64,000 nt of DNA from a virus, in the IMG/VR virus record IMGVR_UViG_3300046455_000489, positions 5,909-69,908 of that record. One strand, given 5' to 3'. Both the position numbers and the translations under genes were made by a program. The notes below the pieces were generated by a model. The model had not been told where the DNA came from. It worked only from the letters and a program-made list of their open reading frames with translations, and searched no databases. This document shows, in pieces, positions 63,281 to 64,000 of the stretch; position 1 is the stretch's first letter, and each line of letters starts with the position of its first letter.

Positions 63281-64000
63281 AGCACCACCCCCGGCCTGGC
63301 CCATCCACGAGCCCAGCGCAGCCAGCGCCCGCTTCCCGGACTTCGGCATGAAGTGCACGTAAGTCCTCAGCGTGAACGCCGGATCCGAGTGACCGAGCCA
63401 CGCAGCCAGCTGAGTGATTGTCTCACCCGCGGCCAGCACCACGCTAGCGAACGTATGCCGCAGAACGTGGAAGCCGTCTTCCCGCGGCATCCTCCAGCTC
63501 ACCCGCCGCCACGGCTTCTTGCCCGCGCCCTGGACGTACTCGACCTCTGGTTCAGGGATGACGCCGGCTCGGGCCAGGGCGGGCTTCCACTGCTTGTCGT
63601 CGAACGTGACCCGGTTGACCGCCCCGCCGCTCACACCGTTCGTTCTCGGAGTGGTCACAAGGAGACGTACTGTCCGCAAGGGCCGCTTCTCCCACTCAAG
63701 GCTGGGGCGGTCCGGGTCGACCCACGGCAGCGTCACCTCGACGGTCGGGAAGACGTTGGCATACTCCTTGACGGCCCGCGCCAACTCCGGCGGACAGGGC
63801 GCCGTCCGGAGCTTGTTTCCCTTCGGCGGGGCGAACCCGAGACGGCTGTTGATCCTCACGATCTGCCGCGTCACATTGATCTCGTCCCCGGCGATGTCGT
63901 CCGGTGAGAAGCCGAGGCACTCCCCCTGCCGCATGCCCGAGCCGGTAGAGAGGTCCACGAGAATCGCGTAGCGGGCGTCCAACTCGGCCCGGACCGCGGC
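63197..64000 (-). CDS. int: Tyrosine integrase, 3' part (second copy, truncated by window end)
   Basis: GMRQGE...HVLRHTFAS...LGHSDPAFTLRTYVH; stop at 63197. Confidence 0.93.
   Translation of the reverse strand, partial: AAVRAELDARYAILVDLSTGSGMRQGECLGFSPDDIAGDEINVTRQIVRINSRLGFAPPKGNKLRTAPCPPELARAVKEYANVFPTVEVTLPWVDPDRPSLEWEKRPLRTVRLLVTTPRTNGVSGGAVNRVTFDDKQWKPALARAGVIPEPEVEYVQGAGKKPWRRVSWRMPREDGFHVLRHTFASVVLAAGETITQLAAWLGHSDPAFTLRTYVHFMPKSGKRALAALGSWMGQAGGGASPQELPAISPAADSPQILPGTPLDHEK
63294..64000. repeat. Direct repeat copy 2 (= 1-707)
   Basis: Matches window start. Confidence 0.97.

Larger units (their letters stand above)
1..63293. mobile_element. Complete temperate siphophage genome unit (Streptomyces-type) with embedded TraB conjugation module
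   Basis: Integrase/attP, repressor, replication, terminase-portal-protease-capsid, tail, tape measure and lysis genes in canonical order; sequence repeats with a 63,293-bp offset. Confidence 0.95.

Overview
High-GC actinobacterial (Streptomyces-type) temperate siphophage, seen as one complete 63,293-bp unit. Bases 1-707 recur at 63,294-64,000, so this is a circle, concatemer or tandem copy read through an intact attP. Gene order: tyrosine integrase and immunity switch; early recombination, methylase and replication genes (lambda-O-like initiator with iterons plus DnaC-like loader); an ~10-kb insert; HK97-type head, siphovirus tail and lysis genes; a Cre-like recombinase; and a DNA-damage-regulated accessory region. 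The insert looks like a Streptomyces TraB conjugation module: KorA/KorSA-like GntR with three operator boxes, a second replication initiator, a second excisionase-like gene, Spd-like membrane proteins, a TraB FtsK translocase and a clt-like repeat locus. Two observations stand out. (1) A full virion-encoding phage appears also able to move as an AICE-like conjugative element under a separate Kor switch. (2) Its attP core is the 3' end of the RNase P RNA gene (rnpB), implying integration into, and repair of, an essential ribozyme gene. All product calls come from motif reading and gene context only; no database searches were run.
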